Shown here: piece after piece, positions 17,375 through 27,066 of the stretch
Position numbering within the stretch: position 1 is the first letter of the stretch
How the letters are laid out: every line of letters begins with the position of its first letter
Assembly: GCA_023139205.1 (NCBI GenBank)
Contig: JAGLOA010000003.1
Location: 1,779-65,778 of the forward strand
Reading direction: 5' to 3'
Length of the DNA stretch: 64,000 nucleotides
Source: Candidatus Pacearchaeota archaeon
GTDB taxonomy: Archaea; Nanobdellota; Nanobdellia; Pacearchaeales; GW2011-AR1
The notes under the pieces: generated by a model
Database searches by the model: none
What the model saw: only the letters and a program-made list of their open reading frames with translations
What the model was told of the DNA's origin: nothing
Translations under genes and position numbers: made by a program

Positions 17375-18415
17375 CTAAAACCATTTAGTTAATTGATTTT
17401 GCTTTCTTTCCTCAAAAACTTTCCTTAATTTCTCCAATTGCTTATTAACTCTCTCTTCAGAAAAATCATGTTCTTCAACTAAAATTCTCTTTATTTTTTC
17501 CTCGTTAATTTTTTCAAACTCAAAACCAAAACCTTCAACATTTGGCTTATGAAATAATTCAAAAATTTCCTTCCAATCAAATTGATCTTCTTCAGGAAGA
17601 CTATGAATCCTTTCTTTAACTTCTTCAAAAATTAAAACTGGTTGCTTGTACTTTTGCACAAGTTCTAATGCTTTTTTTTGCCCAATCCCTGGGACTCCTT
17701 TTGGATTATAATCTGTTCCAACAAGAATCCCCAGACAAATCAATTGATCTAAATCTATTTCCAAAACATCCAAAACTCTTTCCAAATCAATCAACTCTGG
17801 TTTTACCTCCACCCAACCAGTAAAAGTTTTTCTTCTTCTTGCTAAAGTTAAATTCCTGATTAAATTAGGAGTTCCAAAAAGAAGACTATCATAATCCTGA
17901 CTTGCACTTGCATAAATATCCTCATTAATTTTACAAAGATGTGAAGCCTCTGCCTCTCCTTCTCCAGGAGCCTGAACAATAGGAATTCCCATTGCAATCA
18001 AAAGTTCTTTACTCTCTTTAATCATTTCATCGTCAAGACGAATCAACTGACTCCCATATCTTCTCATTGCAGACAAATCCTCTTTTTGTTTAGCTTCTTC
18101 ATATCTTTCTTTAGCCAAATCTCTTCCTTCCTGCCTTTTTTTATGTGTCTTAGATTTTAATTCAGGTGCCTTGCCATCAAAAACATAAACTAATTTTATT
18201 CCCTCTGAAAGAAGAGAAATATTTCTATAAAAAACTCCAGAAAGATGACTTGTAACCCTTTTCTTATTATCCATTAAAGGAGTTCCATCTACCTGCCTCA
18301 CACTAGAAAGAAACTGATACAAAGTATTAAACGCATCAACACAAAGAGTTTTTCCTTTTAAATCTGAAATTTCAATTTCCTTACGCGGAATAATGTCTTT
18401 AATATTTAATCCCAT
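17375..18415 (-). CDS. fen: flap endonuclease 1
   Basis: XPG N/I domains and a C-terminal PIP box QNQLTKWF. Confidence 0.9.
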   Translation of the reverse strand: MGLNIKDIIPRKEIEISDLKGKTLCVDAFNTLYQFLSSVRQVDGTPLMDNKKRVTSHLSGVFYRNISLLSEGIKLVYVFDGKAPELKSKTHKKRQEGRDLAKERYEEAKQKEDLSAMRRYGSQLIRLDDEMIKESKELLIAMGIPIVQAPGEGEAEASHLCKINEDIYASASQDYDSLLFGTPNLIRNLTLARRRKTFTGWVEVKPELIDLERVLDVLEIDLDQLICLGILVGTDYNPKGVPGIGQKKALELVQKYKQPVLIFEEVKERIHSLPEEDQFDWKEIFELFHKPNVEGFGFEFEKINEEKIKRILVEEHDFSEERVNKQLEKLRKVFEERKQNQLTKWF

Positions 18416-18449
18416 TAAAAAATAAAGTACTAGAAATATAAATAGTTAT

Positions 18450-18857
18450 CTAATCAAAAAGAGATAATTGTGATTCATTAGATAAATTTCTTTTAGGAGT
18501 TTCAACAAGAACTTTATTTCCAAAAGAAGTTACAGAATAAGGTTTCATAAAATAAACAAAATTATTAAACCCATCTTCAAGAGCTTCATTTTCAGCTTGA
18601 GATTTATTATCATAAGGTCCAACAACCTCTCTTATAACACATTTTAAAAAATCATAAGTTCTAGATACTAAAACCCCTCTCCCCGGAACATAATCACCAA
18701 ATTCACAAGAGATAGTTCCTTCCACTTGATTATTCACATTAACTTCTCTCTTAATTTTTTCTGCTAAATCTTCTAAAGAAGTTGGACTATTTGTTCTTTT
18801 AATTTCATTCCTAATCTTATCCAAAGATTTTCTAAATAATTCTCTATCTCCTTCCAT
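18450..18857 (-). CDS. hypothetical protein between fen and polB
   Basis: 135-aa ORF ending QLSLFD, a weak PIP-like sequence. Confidence 0.35.
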   Translation of the reverse strand: MEGDRELFRKSLDKIRNEIKRTNSPTSLEDLAEKIKREVNVNNQVEGTISCEFGDYVPGRGVLVSRTYDFLKCVIREVVGPYDNKSQAENEALEDGFNNFVYFMKPYSVTSFGNKVLVETPKRNLSNESQLSLFD

Positions 18858-18941
18858 AATATAACTACTTTAAAGGGGTATATAAATCTTATTATTTAGA
18901 ATATTCCTAATGTTTAAATAATTAAAATCCTCCTTAAATTA

Positions 18942-21398
18942 ATGAAAACAGACTTCATCCCAATAGACTATGGCTATTTTGATTTCCAGGGAAAAAACTA
19001 CGCAAAAATTATAGGAAGAAATCAAGAAGGAAAAAGAGTTTGCATAATTGATTCTTGCCCTGTTTACTTATGGGCGATATTAAAAGATAATCTAAAACAA
19101 GATAAAATAAACAAGCTAATTAAAGAAATAAAAAAAATAAAACTTGATTTAAAGGGGAGAAAAACAAAAGTAGAAAAAGTAGAATTACATGAAAAAAATT
19201 ATTTAGGCAAAAAAGTAAAAGCAATAAAAATTTTTGCAACAAATTACAAAGACTTACATGATATCACCGATAAATTAGGGATGCCTGAAATAGAAAAAAG
19301 AAGAGGATATGATCTAGGATTTATTTCTCATTACATTATAGAGAGAGAAATTACTCCTTTATGTTGGTATGAAATTGAAGGGGAAATGTTAAATAATTCT
19401 CAAGAATTTGGGGGAATAGACATGGCTCTTGATGTTGATTTTTGCATTAAACTTGAAACATCTAAAAAAATAAAAGAGGAGAAAAAATTCACCCCAAAAA
19501 CACTTGCTTATGATATTGAAACAGATGAATTAAAAATAGGTCAGGGAGAAATTCTCATGGTTTCTTTAGTTTCAGAAAATTTCAAAAAGGTTATAACCTG
19601 GAAAAAATCTAAACAAAAACCCTCTTGGGTGGAATACGTTGAAGATGAAGCAGAACTCTTGGAAAAATTTGTTGAATATGTTAGAGAGATATCCCCAGAT
19701 TTTCTTGTAGGATATTTTTCAGATGGATTTGATTTACCCTATCTAAAAGCAAGAGCAGAAAAACACAATGTAAAACTCTCTCTAGGATTAGACGACAGCC
19801 AGCCAAAATTTACAAGAGGAATAAATTTAAAAGGAAAAATAAACGGAATTGTCCATATAGACCTTTTAAAATTCATTAAAACCGCTTACTCTCAATACAT
19901 GCAATCTGAAACACTTTCATTAAATGAAGTTTCAAAAGAATTTTTAGGAGATACAAAAAAAGATTTTAAATTAAAACATTCTTCAAAAATAGAAGAAAAA
20001 GATTGGGAGAAATATTATGAATACAACTTACATGATTCTGTTTTAACATTAAAATTATTTGAAAAAATGTGGCCAGACCTTTTAGAATTTTCAAAAATAA
20101 TGAAAGAACCAATTTTCGAGGTCTCAAGAAATGGTATGTCAAAAAATGTTGAATCTTATATTCTGCACAACCTAGAAAAATTTAATGAAATACCTGAAAA
20201 AAAACCAGGATATCATGAGATTTCTGAAAGAAAACAAAGAGGAAAATATCAAGGAGCTTTTGTTTTTGAACCTACCCCAGGACTTTATGAAAACATTGCA
20301 ATGTTTGACTTTACAAGCAGTTATGGAAGTGTTATTGTAACTTATAATTTATCTAAATCAACATTTTTAGAAAAAGAAAAAGAAAATTCTTATAACATAG
20401 AAACAGAAGGTAAAAAAATTTATTTCACTAAAAAACAAGGATTCTTCCCTGAAATGTTAAAAGAAATTATAGAAAAAAGAAAAAAATACAAACAAGAATT
20501 AAAACAAAACCCAGATGTAATTAAAAAAGCAAGAAGTAATGCCTTTAAACTTTTAGCAAACGCAGCTTATGGTTATCAGGGTTTTTTCGGTGCAAGATAT
20601 TATTGTGAAGAAGCAGCTGCAGCAACAGCAGCTTTCGCAAGAAAATTAATAAAAGAATCAATAGAAAATATAAACAAAGAAGGATATAAAGTTATATACA
20701 GCGACACTGATTCAATAGCATTTCTTCAAAACAAGAAAACAGAATCACAGGTTTTAAAATTCTTAAAAAAATTAAATTCAGAACTTCCCGGAATAATGGA
20801 GCTTGAATTAGAAGGATTTTTCAAAAGAGGTTTATGGGTTACAACAAGAGCCGGAACATCAGGAGCAAAAAAGAAATACGCACTTTTAGGAAAAGATGAT
20901 AAAATAAAAATAAGGGGATTTGAAACAGTCAGAAGAGACTGGTGTGGATTGGCTAGACAAACACAAAACAGAGTAATAAGACAAATTTTGAAAGACGGAA
21001 ATGAAAAAAAAGCTTTAGAAAATGTTAAAGAAGTAATTAAAAAAATAAAGCAAAGAAAAATAGACAAAGAAGATTTAATTATAAAAACCCAGCTTAAAAA
21101 ACCAATTTCAGAATATAAAGCAATTTCTCCCCATGTAATTGCTGCAAGAAAAATGAAAGAAAAAGAAATTCCTGTAAGCCAGGGAAATTTAATTGAATAT
21201 TATATTGCAGAAACAAAAGATAAAAAGAAATTAGTTAGAGATAAAGTAAAACTCCCTAATGAAAAAGGGGAATACAACATAGATTATTATTTAAACAAAC
21301 AAATTCTTTCAGCAGTAGAAAATATTTTTCAGGTTTTTAATTTAAATATAAAAGAAATAATAGAAGGAAAAAAACAAATGACTTTAGGAGATTTTTGA
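18942..21398 (+). CDS. polB: DNA polymerase B
   Basis: Exo I YDIETD, motif B KLLANAAYGYQGF, motif C YSDTDS, C-terminal QMTLGDF PIP-like end. Confidence 0.9.
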   Translation: MKTDFIPIDYGYFDFQGKNYAKIIGRNQEGKRVCIIDSCPVYLWAILKDNLKQDKINKLIKEIKKIKLDLKGRKTKVEKVELHEKNYLGKKVKAIKIFATNYKDLHDITDKLGMPEIEKRRGYDLGFISHYIIEREITPLCWYEIEGEMLNNSQEFGGIDMALDVDFCIKLETSKKIKEEKKFTPKTLAYDIETDELKIGQGEILMVSLVSENFKKVITWKKSKQKPSWVEYVEDEAELLEKFVEYVREISPDFLVGYFSDGFDLPYLKARAEKHNVKLSLGLDDSQPKFTRGINLKGKINGIVHIDLLKFIKTAYSQYMQSETLSLNEVSKEFLGDTKKDFKLKHSSKIEEKDWEKYYEYNLHDSVLTLKLFEKMWPDLLEFSKIMKEPIFEVSRNGMSKNVESYILHNLEKFNEIPEKKPGYHEISERKQRGKYQGAFVFEPTPGLYENIAMFDFTSSYGSVIVTYNLSKSTFLEKEKENSYNIETEGKKIYFTKKQGFFPEMLKEIIEKRKKYKQELKQNPDVIKKARSNAFKLLANAAYGYQGFFGARYYCEEAAAATAAFARKLIKESIENINKEGYKVIYSDTDSIAFLQNKKTESQVLKFLKKLNSELPGIMELELEGFFKRGLWVTTRAGTSGAKKKYALLGKDDKIKIRGFETVRRDWCGLARQTQNRVIRQILKDGNEKKALENVKEVIKKIKQRKIDKEDLIIKTQLKKPISEYKAISPHVIAARKMKEKEIPVSQGNLIEYYIAETKDKKKLVRDKVKLPNEKGEYNIDYYLNKQILSAVENIFQVFNLNIKEIIEGKKQMTLGDF

Positions 21399-21407
21399 AA
21401 TTTAACT

Positions 21408-21797
21408 TTGGAATTTAATATTAACTTTAAAGTAGTAAAGAAACAAAAGATTTATAAAGAGGAGATTAATTCTATTTTTAAAGAAATTAAAATGAATAAA
21501 AAATATAAAATTGAGTATGACAAACTAAAGAATTGTGGCTCTGGTGCACTTGTTAGAAAGAAAATTTCAGGGGATACTTCCATGGGAAAATATTTAGGAA
21601 TAGTAATTAAAATAGACAAAGAAAATGTTTTAAAAGAATCATATTTTAAAAAAAATAAAGAACTTTCTCCAGAACAAGTAAAAGAAATTTGTTTAGATGC
21701 ATTTAAAACCCATTATAAATGGCTAACAACAAGTGATAAATATGATGTTCCAAATATACCCGGTACTCTTGAATCTTTTATCACTAAAGTAGGATAA
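21408..21797 (+). CDS. hypothetical protein on a small insert bracketed by duplicated polB 3'-end repeats
   Basis: 129-aa ORF that lies between the 21-bp direct repeats at 21376-21396 and 21905-21925. Confidence 0.4.
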   Translation: MEFNINFKVVKKQKIYKEEINSIFKEIKMNKKYKIEYDKLKNCGSGALVRKKISGDTSMGKYLGIVIKIDKENVLKESYFKKNKELSPEQVKEICLDAFKTHYKWLTTSDKYDVPNIPGTLESFITKVG

Positions 21798-21927
21798 AGA
21801 TAAATCTTTTAAGACGCCCAATTTCTTTTTTATTAATTCTCGAATTTTAGTTTAACTATATTTTTGCTCTCTCACTTATTGAACATATCAAATTCTTATA
21901 AAAAAAATGACTTTAGGAGATTTTTAG

Positions 21928-22242
21928 TTATTTAGCAAGAAATTGTAATATGTGAATAGTCATTATTCCGCAACCAATAGCAATTCTTATACTTCTTGTA
22001 AGTTGTTTTTTAATTCCCATATTTTTATGCTCACTTATTCTATAAACTCCTTCTATTATTAAAAAAATTGCAATAGAAAAAGCAAGTAAATCCATAGTTA
22101 TAGGGTCTAAATAACTACAACCACTATTAACCGATTCTTGACCAATCAATTGAACACTCATAACAATAATTATTACAAGTAAACATAAAATTCCAGTAAA
22201 AATTTTTGTTTTAGTAAAACTTGTCATCCTCTTTTTCTTCAT
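21928..22242 (-). CDS. small membrane protein (hypothetical)
   Basis: 104 aa with three hydrophobic helices. Confidence 0.3.
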   Translation of the reverse strand: MKKKRMTSFTKTKIFTGILCLLVIIIVMSVQLIGQESVNSGCSYLDPITMDLLAFSIAIFLIIEGVYRISEHKNMGIKKQLTRSIRIAIGCGIMTIHILQFLAK

Positions 22243-22275
22243 TAATAGAAAAATGACAAACCATTTAAATACGTT

Positions 22276-23169
22276 TTGATAAAAGAAAATATGAATAAAG
22301 AAAAAATAATCAAAGCAGGGAAAATAGCATCAGAAGTTAAAGAATATGCAAAATCAATTATAAAAAAAGATATGCCTCTTTTAGAAATAGCTGAAAAAAT
22401 AGAAGCTAAAATAATTGAATTAGGCGGAAAACCAGCTTTTCCAACAAATCTTTCAATTAATGAAATTGCTGCACATTTTACTCCGTCTTACAATGATGAA
22501 ACTCTTGCTTCAGGACTTTTAAAAATAGATTTGGGAGTTCATGTTGATGGTTGGCTTTCAGATACTGCATTTTCTTTAGACTTAGAAAATAATCAAGAAA
22601 ATCAAAAACTTATAGAAGCATCTGAAAAAGCTTTAGAAAATGCAATAAAAATTTCTAAAAAAAATATTTCCACAAGTGAAGTAGGAAAAACAATCCAAGA
22701 AACAATTGAATCTTATGAATTTGCTCCAATAATTAATCTTTCTGGACATTCAATGGAAGAATATGAATTACATTCTGGAATAACAATTCCAAATATTGAC
22801 GATAAAAAACAAATTTTTCTTCAGGAAGGACTTTATGCAATAGAACCTTTTGCAACATTTGGAAACGGGAAAGTTCATGATGGAAAACCTTCTGGAATTT
22901 ATATGATTATAGATACAAAAAATCCAAGAAGCCAAATTGCAAGAGAAGTTTTAGATTTTGTTTCAGAAGAATATCAAACACTTCCTTTTTGTTCAAGATG
23001 GATTATAAAAAAATTAGGAACAAAAGCATTATTTGGATTAAAACAATTAGAAAACAATGGAAACTTACATCACTTCCCACAACTCATAGAAACATCACAC
23101 TCAAAAGTTGCCCAAACAGAAAACACAATTTTAATTGAAAAAGATAATGCGATTGTGACTACAGAATAA
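22276..23169 (+). CDS. map: methionine aminopeptidase, type 2
   Basis: Pita-bread fold motifs including the DLGVHVDGWLSDTAFS metal ligands. Confidence 0.85.
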   Translation: MIKENMNKEKIIKAGKIASEVKEYAKSIIKKDMPLLEIAEKIEAKIIELGGKPAFPTNLSINEIAAHFTPSYNDETLASGLLKIDLGVHVDGWLSDTAFSLDLENNQENQKLIEASEKALENAIKISKKNISTSEVGKTIQETIESYEFAPIINLSGHSMEEYELHSGITIPNIDDKKQIFLQEGLYAIEPFATFGNGKVHDGKPSGIYMIIDTKNPRSQIAREVLDFVSEEYQTLPFCSRWIIKKLGTKALFGLKQLENNGNLHHFPQLIETSHSKVAQTENTILIEKDNAIVTTE

Positions 23170-23170
23170 A

Positions 23171-24242
23171 TTATTTTTTACTCACTTTTATTTTTCTAAT
23201 ATCTTCAAAAGAACTTAAGAAATTCTCTCCTGCTTTTTTATTAGAAGCCTGGAATTTTAGATTTAATCCAGATTTTGTGTGCAAATCAATTTCTGAATAT
23301 AAAACAACAGGAATCTGATAATTATTGTTAAACCTTTTATCAGGACCTCCACTTTTATTCATATATTTCCAATTATGTCCAACTACTTCTGTATCTTTTG
23401 GAACTCCTTGGTCTTCAATAAATTTTGTTATAAGGGTATTAATCTGTAATTCAGAATAAAGAGCTATACCTACTTTTTTTCCTTGATATATTAAAATCCT
23501 ATCGGGAAAGAAATAATATTGTTTATTATCAATTTTAAAACCATAAGGAATTATATTTGAATCAAAAAAAGGTGGCAATTCTTGGAGAATCTGAAATGAT
23601 TTTCTATTAACCAAATTTGAAGCTCCTGAATTTCTTTTCCAATCATCAGTTAATTGTTGGGTTTCAATTCTCCAAATTTTATCTGTTTTTTTAAATTCTT
23701 CAAATCCATCGTTAATCTTATCAAATGGACTTTTGATTTCTTTATCCAATTCATAAACAATGGTTACTGTTTTTCTTTCCACATCTTTTTTAAATAAATA
23801 AGAGTAGGAAGCGATTGATAGAAGGATCATTATAAAAGTTAACCATCCAGGAGAACCTGCTCCTAAAGCAATAACAAAAATAATTATAGAAGATATTAGG
23901 GAAATGGTGCTATATTTTACTAAAGAATTTTTTTTCAGTAATTTCTGTAAGCAAATTATCTGGTGATGAATTTTGAAAATTCTTTATGTCCGCACTTTCA
24001 ATACGATTTTTTTCAATCTCCTGTTCTGGGATTTCATATTTTGTCTTTTGTTTATAAGACTCAGAAAAACCACCGATTTTTTTTCTGTAATAAAATCCTT
24101 GACGACCTAAATGGATAAAGGTTCCATTTGGTCCAACAGATAATCTTGCACCTTTAATTCCTGTTGAAATCCCAATACCCCTTGTTGAAAAATTGAGTGC
24201 AAAAGGTCCAAATGATTTCCTTCTCCTAATGAAAAAACCCAT
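23171..24242 (-). pseudogene. DUF4236 family protein split by a frameshift at an A8 run; the two ORFs are 23910-24242 (N-terminal domain) and 23171-23830 (TM plus C-terminal domain)
   Basis: N-terminal MGFFIRRRKSFGPFALNFSTRGIGIS matches the DUF4236 signature. The downstream frame stays open upstream of its ATG and encodes a TM helix. The frames differ by 1 nt at the T8/A8 run 23929-23936. Confidence 0.5.
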
Positions 24243-24328
24243 AAAATAAAAGTGAGTTAATTTATATATAAACTTTTTGTAGATTACCTTCTTTCTCTTA
24301 ACCTATAAAAATTCTTAAGCATAACAAC

Positions 24329-26512
24329 CTACTTTCCCTTCTTAACAACTTTCTTCTCAACTTTCTCTTTCTTAATTTCAGGCTCAATTATCTTCCCACT
24401 ACTTTCCAAAGTTTCTTTTAATGCTTTATCAAAATCTTCTTTTGTTATTACCATTTTTAACTTATCTGATTTTTTAGTCTTGTAATATTTTTTAATTGCA
24501 TTTATTCCTGCTTTTCTGCATAAAGATTCTATATCTGCTCCTGTCCAGGAATCTGTTTTATCAACATAATCTAAAATATTCAAAGATTTATCAAGAGGCA
24601 TTGTTCTTGTATGAACCTTAAAAATTTCTTCTCTTGTTTTTTTATCAGGGATTCCAAGTTCAACTATCTCATCAATTCTTCCTGGCCTCAATAAAGCAGG
24701 GTCAATTAAATCTGGTCTGTTTGTCGCAGCAATAACAACAACCTTCTCTAATTCCTCAATTCCATCTAATTCAGTTAATAATTGATTAACAACTTTTTCA
24801 GTAGAATCTGACAAAGAACTTCCACGGGATTTTGAAATAGAATCAAATTCATCAAAAAAGATTATTGAAGGAGCAACCTGCACAGCTTTCTTAAATATCT
24901 CCCTGACATGTTTTTCAGATTCTCCAACCCATTTTGAAATTAATTCAGGACCTTTTACTGAAATAAAATTTGCATTTGCTTCTGTTGCAACAGCCTTGGC
25001 TAAAAGAGTTTTCCCTGTTCCAGGAGCACCAGTTAACAAAACACCCTTAGAAGGTTTGATTCCTGCCTTGACATATAAATCAGGTCTAATCAAAGGTAAC
25101 TCCACCAACTCCCTTAACTTATCCTTAGCTTTTTCCAATCCCCCAACATCACTCCATCTTACATGAGGTTTATTTATCAAAACTTCCCTCATTGCAGAAG
25201 GCTCCACAGTTCTCCCGGCATCAATAAAATTCTCCCTTGAAACTTTTATCTTATCCAAAATCTCAGTTGGAATTTTTTCCTGCATATTTTTAAGTTCTGA
25301 AAAATAAGGCTTTATTGATTTAAGAGCAGCCTCCTTGCATAAAATATCTATATCTGCTCCAGTATACCCAATTGTTCTTCTGGCAATCTCATCAAAATTC
25401 ACATCTTTAGCCAGAGGCATACCTCTTGTATGAATCCTCAAAATCTCTTTCCTCCCTTCCTCACTAGGAGGATTAATTTTTAATTCCCTATCAAATCTTC
25501 CAGGTCTTCTCAAAGCCTCATCAATATCATCAGGTCTGTTTGTTGCAGCCATTACAACCAACTGCCCACGAGATTTCAAACCATCCATTAAAGTCAATAA
25601 TTGAGCAACAATCCTCTTCTCTGTCTGATCTATCCCCTCTCCTCTCTTCGGAGCAATGGAATCAATTTCATCAATAAAAATTATAGAAGGGACGTTTTTT
25701 TCTGCTTTCTCAAATATTTCCCTGATATGTTTTTCACTCTCTCCATAAAACTTAGACATTATTTCTGGTCCTGCTATTGAAAAAAATGCAGCATCTGTTT
25801 CAGTTGCAACAGCCTTAGCTAAAAGAGTTTTCCCTGTTCCAGGAGGACCTGTTAATAAAACTCCTTTTGGAGCCCCAACACCAAGCTTCTGAAATACTTC
25901 TGGATGCTTCATTGGAAGCTCAACCATTTCTCTGATAGACTCTATCTCATTTTTCAATCCTCCAATATCCTCATAAGAAATACCAGTTGAACGCAAATCA
26001 CCTGAATAAACTTCATCAGAAACAATAATTTTTGTTGAAGGAGAAACAACCACATTTCCTTTTGGATTTAGTTTAGAAATAACATAACTCAATTTTGTTC
26101 CAAATACATCAATAACAATAACCTGATTTAAAACAAGAGGTCTGTCTAATAATTTTAAATGAAAATATTCAACAGGGTCGTTGCTGAACCTTACCCCTTC
26201 CTGCAACGGAGAAAGAGTTATTGATTTGGCTTCCTGAAAATCTGTTTTAAAAATCTCTATTTGCTCGCCTATTGAAGCATTTATATTTGAACGCGTAACC
26301 CCATCCAGCCTTATAATTTCTTTTGCTTCATTTTTCTTTAAAGCCCTCATAACCTTAACAACTCCTAAAACTTTTCCTTTAATCGCTATTAAATCCCCAG
26401 AAACCAAATTAAGAGAATCCATAACTTCAGAAGAAATCCTGGCAACACCTTGATCTATATCTTCCTGCATTGATTCTGCAACTTCTAAATTTATTATTTG
26501 TTTTTTAGTCAT
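24329..26512 (-). CDS. cdc48: CDC48/VCP-like AAA+ ATPase (paralog 1)
   Basis: CDC48 N domain followed by two AAA modules with Walker A GPPGTGKT / GAPGTGKT. Confidence 0.9.
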   Translation of the reverse strand: MTKKQIINLEVAESMQEDIDQGVARISSEVMDSLNLVSGDLIAIKGKVLGVVKVMRALKKNEAKEIIRLDGVTRSNINASIGEQIEIFKTDFQEAKSITLSPLQEGVRFSNDPVEYFHLKLLDRPLVLNQVIVIDVFGTKLSYVISKLNPKGNVVVSPSTKIIVSDEVYSGDLRSTGISYEDIGGLKNEIESIREMVELPMKHPEVFQKLGVGAPKGVLLTGPPGTGKTLLAKAVATETDAAFFSIAGPEIMSKFYGESEKHIREIFEKAEKNVPSIIFIDEIDSIAPKRGEGIDQTEKRIVAQLLTLMDGLKSRGQLVVMAATNRPDDIDEALRRPGRFDRELKINPPSEEGRKEILRIHTRGMPLAKDVNFDEIARRTIGYTGADIDILCKEAALKSIKPYFSELKNMQEKIPTEILDKIKVSRENFIDAGRTVEPSAMREVLINKPHVRWSDVGGLEKAKDKLRELVELPLIRPDLYVKAGIKPSKGVLLTGAPGTGKTLLAKAVATEANANFISVKGPELISKWVGESEKHVREIFKKAVQVAPSIIFFDEFDSISKSRGSSLSDSTEKVVNQLLTELDGIEELEKVVVIAATNRPDLIDPALLRPGRIDEIVELGIPDKKTREEIFKVHTRTMPLDKSLNILDYVDKTDSWTGADIESLCRKAGINAIKKYYKTKKSDKLKMVITKEDFDKALKETLESSGKIIEPEIKKEKVEKKVVKKGK

Positions 26513-26892
26513 TTTCTTTTTTCAAAATAAATCTCCAAAACTCCATTTTTAAAAGTATGATTAACTTTTTTATGATTTACAAAACTAGGAAGTATCTTTT
26601 TAAAATATTCCCCTCTGCTTAATTTCCTTGCAAGATATTCCTGAATATTTTCAAGATTATTTTTCTTGGCAGTTATTTCTATTTCTTTTTTTGTAATATC
26701 AACCTTTATATCTTTTTCAGAATAACCAGGCAATTCAAAAACCAAAAACAATTTATCTTTGGTTTCTATAAAATCAATTATTCTTTCATCATCTTCTCCT
26801 TTAATAATATTCTCCGAGCTATGTAAATTTGATCTTTGACCAAAAAAGTCTCTTACAATATTTTCAAAAGGGTCTTCATCAAAAAAACTCAT
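26509..26892 (-). CDS. hsp20: small heat-shock protein, Hsp20/alpha-crystallin family
   Basis: Alpha-crystallin-like FLVFELPGYSEKDIKVDI region; overlaps cdc48 by 4 nt. Confidence 0.75.
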   Translation of the reverse strand: MSFFDEDPFENIVRDFFGQRSNLHSSENIIKGEDDERIIDFIETKDKLFLVFELPGYSEKDIKVDITKKEIEITAKKNNLENIQEYLARKLSRGEYFKKILPSFVNHKKVNHTFKNGVLEIYFEKRK

Positions 26893-26929
26893 TTTATGCC
26901 CCTAGTAAAAATCTTTTCAGAAGATTTTC

Positions 26930-27037
26930 TCTCAGACCTACTTGGTTCGGGGCCTCGAAGAGGTCTTGTCCCTCCTTGGGATACTCGCACCTTCTTGGTG
27001 TACGCACGAAGTGTGTCCCTTATACACCCAAGGGTGT
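26930..27037. repeat. GC-rich mosaic repeat element B, copy 2, in the hsp20 5' leader/promoter region
   Basis: Shares ttcggggcctcgaagagg, tcgcacct(c/t)cttggtgtac and cccttggg modules with copies 1 and 3. Internal pairs CCCTTGGG/CCCAAGGG and ACACCC/GGGTGT. Confidence 0.5.
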
Positions 27038-27066
27038 AAAAATTTAATTTATTAATTTTTATCATT

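Noticed and set aside
8029-21398. Inteins in rfcS, rfcL or polB.
   Set aside because: Protein lengths are 319, 426 and 818 aa, and the motif spacing is consistent with intein-free versions. No block of Hint/endonuclease-like sequence is present.
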